From IMG/VR virus record IMGVR_UViG_3300028423_000861, positions 64,001-128,000 of that record: a DNA stretch of 64,000 nucleotides; one strand, 5' to 3'. Below the pieces are notes generated by a model that was not told the origin of the DNA, did not search any database, and saw only the letters and a list, made by a program, of their open reading frames with translations. This document shows, one piece after another, positions 63,141 through 64,000 of the stretch. The DNA comes from a virus. Each line of letters begins with the position of its first letter. Position 1 is the stretch's first letter. Made by a program: the position numbers and the translations under genes.

Positions 63141-64000
63141 GCTGATATGTTTGAACCTTTCATGTGGATATATTTAGTCAATATATTATGATTTTTCAAG
63201 TTCGTCAACCAAGAATTTTTCAATACTTTCAAGTGAATCAAATATCTGTATTTGATAACTGTTAAGCAAAGAAATCATAGCAGTGCAGTTTTTGCTTTCT
63301 GATACCCAGAACACAAGAGAACGATTGTTGTATTCAACTTGCATTGCAAGAAACACCTCCTCAATGGTAACACGATCAAGATTAACAATAACCGTGCTGG
63401 CAATATCAGTCACAGCTCTATACCAAGCCGCATCTGGTTCAGTAAACCCATTTTCACCAACAAAGAATGTAATTTCCACTTCAGGAAAAAGTTTTTCATA
63501 CATATCAATGTAATGTTCAGAATCTTCCAATCCCATTCCAAGTAGTAAAACACTCGGTCCGATCGTGGTAAGTCGCAGGTCAGGCGGAGTGACCGTGTAA
63601 ACAGTGTTTTTGTCTGTCATTCAATAACCTTTAAGAATTGTTTTTTCCTGGGCGGCGGCCAGGAATTGTTGCAACACCAGCTGCCGGTCGTTGAACAGGC
63701 TGTTCTGTTTTGTCTTCGGTGTTATCAGAAATTTCTTTTTCTACAGTTATATCATCCGAATCATCATCGGATGAGTTTTCGGGCTCAACTGCATCGGTCT
63801 CTTCAACCGTCTGATCTTTGCTAATTGTTTGTTCATTATGAGTATTTTCATCTTGATTGTCAACGTTTTCTTCACAATGCAACAGACGAATACCTGCAAG
63901 AACTAGAACAACAGCAAGCGGATCAAACACAAACACGAGAATGATAATAACCCAACGAACTGCCTTTTCAAGCAATTCAGTATTGGTTTCACCATATACA

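Overview
Segment of a large (jumbo-type) dsDNA phage genome; nearly all genes are on the minus strand. The host is probably a marine alphaproteobacterium (permuted two-piece tmRNA, tRNA-His with A73 and no G-1, ectA/ectB). The window is a translation-takeover region: about 52 tRNA genes covering all 20 amino acids (many non-canonical), about 10 tRNA-like RNAs, tmRNA, CCA-adding enzyme, RNA ligase, 2H phosphoesterase, IF3, S21, ClpS, Hsp20, and an RF1-like release factor interrupted by an in-frame UGA. Three main observations. (1) Unannotated leader peptides sit in front of tRNA genes: a 49-codon leader using 37 different codons with terminator/antiterminator heads the array, and Glu-, Lys- and Cys-rich mini-ORFs lie directly upstream of tRNA-Glu, tRNA-Lys and tRNA-Cys. 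This suggests tRNA genes that sense their own charged-tRNA supply. (2) A GOLLD-like giant ncRNA is organised like an rRNA operon: promoter, hairpin plus boxA, and nested leader-trailer helices enclosing 2.26 kb, with an embedded tRNA-like domain and a GIY-YIG gene. (3) A homing endonuclease cassette splits one tRNA gene and carries a replacement tRNA-Gln inside its own ORF. All calls are by eye; RNA boundaries and structures are approximate and need computational confirmation.
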